Shown here in pieces: positions 61,640-64,000 of a stretch of 64,000 bases of DNA. Source of the stretch: an uncultured Chloroflexia bacterium (GTDB lineage Bacteria; Chloroflexota; Anaerolineae; JAAYZQ01); the NCBI GenBank assembly GCA_963700285.1, contig CAVOXA010000001.1, forward strand, positions 320,001 through 384,000, written 5' to 3'. Under the pieces are notes generated by a model, which had not been told where the DNA came from, did not search any database, and saw only the letters and a list, made by a program, of their open reading frames with translations. The position numbers and the translations under genes were made by a program. Numbering within the stretch: the first letter of the stretch is position 1; each line of letters opens with the position of its first letter.

Positions 61640-62551
61640 GTGATTCCTGTAGTCTCAACAGACAAGCTATCAAAACACTATGGTCCGGTGCATGCGGTTG
61701 ACTCGGTCACCCTGAGGGTTGAGCAGGGAGAGATCTATGGTTTCCTTGGCCTGAACGGTGCGGGCAAGACGACAACGATCCGGGCCCTATTGGGTATGAT
61801 CCGTCCGACTGAAGGCTCGGTCAAGGTGCTTGGTCAAGCGGTTGGGCCGAACGGGCGCGGGCCGTGGCGGCGGGTTGGCCATTTGGTCGAAAGGCCCGCC
61901 GCTTATCCAGAACTAAGCGTGCGGGAGAACCTCGAGATCGCCCGGCGACTGCAGGCGGTGTCAGATAGAAAAGTCACATCCCGGGTCATTGAGCGCCTCA
62001 GCCTTGCCCCTTACGCGGACCGAAAGGCCGGTACGCTCTCGACGGGCAATTTCCAGCGCCTGGGACTGGCGCGCGCATTGCTGCATGAGCCTGAGCTGCT
62101 GATCCTCGACGAACCTGCCAATGGGCTCGACCCGGCGGGTGTGGTTGAGATACGCGATCTCCTGACGGGCCTCGCCCGTGAGCAGGGTGTGACCGTGTTC
62201 ATGTCGAGCCATATCCTTACGGAGGTGGCCCGCCTCGCCACGCGCATCGGCATCATCCACAACGGCCACCTGCTGGAGGAACTTGATGCGGACGAGCTGG
62301 AGGCATCGAGACTGCAGCGTCTGGAAATCCGGGCGCGCAATCTGGACGTTGCTCAAGCCGCGCTGACCCAAGCCGGTTTTTCCGTGAGAGTGATAGAGGG
62401 TACGCTCATCTTGAGCGAAGCGCGCGCCATCCGTGAGCCGGAAGCGGTGGCAACCCTCCTGGTCAAAGCGGGCGCACCCCCGTCGAGATTGGCCGTGGAG
62501 CAAGAGCATCTCGAAGGCCATTTCCTGCGCCTGACGGGCCGAGAACCATGA
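61640..62551 (+). CDS. ABC transporter ATP-binding protein (BcrA/lantibiotic-immunity type)
   Basis: GLNGAGKT, LSTGN, LILDEPANGLDP, SSH. Confidence 0.92.
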   Translation: MIPVVSTDKLSKHYGPVHAVDSVTLRVEQGEIYGFLGLNGAGKTTTIRALLGMIRPTEGSVKVLGQAVGPNGRGPWRRVGHLVERPAAYPELSVRENLEIARRLQAVSDRKVTSRVIERLSLAPYADRKAGTLSTGNFQRLGLARALLHEPELLILDEPANGLDPAGVVEIRDLLTGLAREQGVTVFMSSHILTEVARLATRIGIIHNGHLLEELDADELEASRLQRLEIRARNLDVAQAALTQAGFSVRVIEGTLILSEARAIREPEAVATLLVKAGAPPSRLAVEQEHLEGHFLRLTGREP

Positions 62552-63339
62552 AAAGCATTCTTGCATCTTTCTGGGCTGAGGGGCTCAAAGTACGCCGCTC
62601 CAAAGTATCCCTGTTGTCGGCCGTGGCATTCTCTATCCTGCCTCTTGTCAGCGGGCTGTTCATGGTGATTCTAAAGGATCCCGAGGCTGCCCGTTCGATG
62701 GGCCTGATCAGCGTGAAATCCCAACTCGTCGCGGGTGCCGCCGACTGGCCTACCCATTTTGAGGTGCTCTTGCAGGGGATGGCCATTGCCGGGGCCATCC
62801 TGTTTGCATTCATCACCGCCTGGGTTTTTGGCCGCGAGTTTTCCGACCATACGGTCAAAGAACTGCTTGCTCTCCCCACCCCGCGGGGGGCCATTGTCGC
62901 TGCCAAGTTTCTTGTGATGGCGCTCTGGATCCTGGGCCTCACCCTCTTGGTCTTTGTGCTTGGGCTGGGTGTGGGAGCGGTCGTTGGGATTCCAGACTGG
63001 TCAGTTGAGTTGGGGTGGTCATCGTTTTGGTCTCTCTTGCTCGTCTCTTTCCTGGGCTTCATGCTCGTGCCTTTTGTTGCTTTCTTTGCTAGCGTAGGAC
63101 GTGGCTACCTGCCTGCGCTGGGCTGGGCCTTTCTCACGTTGGTCCTGGCTCAGATCGTGGGCATCCTGGGTTGGGGTGATTGGTTTCCCTGGTCCGTGCC
63201 GGTGCTGGTCAGCGGCATGGCCGGGCCGGACGGAGCCGGGCAGGTTGGGATACACAGCTACACTCTCATGCTGTTGGCATTCGTGTTTGGCGTCGGAGCA
63301 ACATTTGCCTGGTGGCGGGGCGCAGACCAGGCGCGCTAG
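62548..63339 (+). CDS. ABC-2 type permease
   Basis: About six TM segments; GREFSDHTVKELLALP...AKF; overlaps the ATPase stop. Confidence 0.88.
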   Translation: MKSILASFWAEGLKVRRSKVSLLSAVAFSILPLVSGLFMVILKDPEAARSMGLISVKSQLVAGAADWPTHFEVLLQGMAIAGAILFAFITAWVFGREFSDHTVKELLALPTPRGAIVAAKFLVMALWILGLTLLVFVLGLGVGAVVGIPDWSVELGWSSFWSLLLVSFLGFMLVPFVAFFASVGRGYLPALGWAFLTLVLAQIVGILGWGDWFPWSVPVLVSGMAGPDGAGQVGIHSYTLMLLAFVFGVGATFAWWRGADQAR

Positions 63340-63578
63340 CCGTAGCTGATCCAGAGCCATCTTTGATGGCTGCGACCCGCTTCACACGACATCTCTTCGA
63401 TGTACGCGGTGCCGCGCCAGCCTGTAGGTCATTGCTGGCGTGGGGACGCGCCGGCGGTACCCAACAAAACCCCCTTCATCGTGTCACGGAAATCCCCACT
63501 TCCGACTGTTGCTAGCCGAGAGGAGCTGTGCTACAATCTGACTGCGTTGGCAGAGAGATTCTCCTGGAGGTGTATCGA

Positions 63579-64000
63579 ATGTCTCAGATGCACGATGTAT
63601 TCTATCCGGACAGTACTGGCAAGGACACATTTCTTGGCCTGCCGGCGTGTGATGATCTGGCCCAACTGGAGGCGGCGGTGGCCATCATCGGCGTGCCAAC
63701 CGCCACGCCATACCCTGGCTTTGGCAATTTCTCGGCCACGACAGCGGCTGCCCTTCGAGCCGCGATGTCCTATTATACGCCTCTCAGCGGGCACTATGAT
63801 TTTGAGATTGGCGGCTCATTGCTGGATGGCCAGTTTGGACCAGTTGTCGACGCTGGAGATCTGGCGACGAGTGAGTCGGATTATGCCAGCAATCGGACGA
63901 TCATTACCAACGCCGTCAAGCAGATTTTGCAGGCCGGGGCGGCTCCCATCGTGATCGGGGGCGATGATTCCGTCCCCATTCCAGTTTTCCAAGCCTATGA
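63579..64000 (+). CDS. Arginase/agmatinase (ureohydrolase) family protein, partial
   Basis: Translated by hand from ATG 63579 (GGAGG RBS): TFLGLP...AIIGVP...VVDAGDL...PIVIGGDDSV; runs off the window. Confidence 0.8.
   Translation, partial: MSQMHDVFYPDSTGKDTFLGLPACDDLAQLEAAVAIIGVPTATPYPGFGNFSATTAAALRAAMSYYTPLSGHYDFEIGGSLLDGQFGPVVDAGDLATSESDYASNRTIITNAVKQILQAGAAPIVIGGDDSVPIPVFQAY

Noticed and set aside
63400-63578. Guanidine riboswitch upstream of the ureohydrolase
   Set aside because: I could not identify paired ACGR-loop hairpins or ykkC motifs. A likely promoter (TTGCTA-N17-TACAAT) leaves only a short leader.
1-64000. Mobile elements, CRISPR arrays, tRNA or rRNA genes
   Set aside because: No transposase, integrase, regular repeat-spacer array or structural RNA signature was seen by eye. 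tRNAscan-SE and Infernal were not run.

Overview
About 60% GC bacterial chromosome segment, most likely Chloroflexota (Anaerolineae-like), inferred from a YLPLV motif in a secreted beta-propeller protein, the gene content and REP-like intergenic hairpins. Layout: (1) 1-6.8 kb, minus-strand operon: GntR, methyl-THF/corrinoid methyltransferase, metallophosphoesterase, APC permease, nucleotidyltransferase-fold protein and a GbsB-like choline dehydrogenase. (2) 10-23 kb: aroH-pheA-aroF-tyrA-aroA-aroE-aroC-aroKB-aroQ-lysC-unknown-thrC, preceded by an unannotated leader peptide containing Trp, Tyr and Phe codons and a terminator/antiterminator. (3) 23.4-36.1 kb: ilvD-ilvB-ilvN-ilvC-leuA-leuC-leuD-leuB-ilvE-cimA, preceded by an Ile/Leu/Val leader-peptide attenuator. 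(4) A second, intact LeuA copy with its catalytic residues systematically replaced. (5) 39-64 kb: accessory metabolic genes including a sphingosine-1-phosphate-lyase-like enzyme, a TPP enzyme, SDRs, a TetR cluster, zwf, a non-pyrrolysine MttB, an ABC exporter and a partial arginase-family gene. Top leads are the tri-aromatic attenuator, a circularly permuted HAD protein in the usual thrB position, the LeuA pseudoenzyme and a putative choline-ester utilisation operon. Several single-base frameshifts look like sequencing errors. I saw no rRNA, tRNA, CRISPR array or transposase. All family calls come from motif recognition by eye; no database searches were run.
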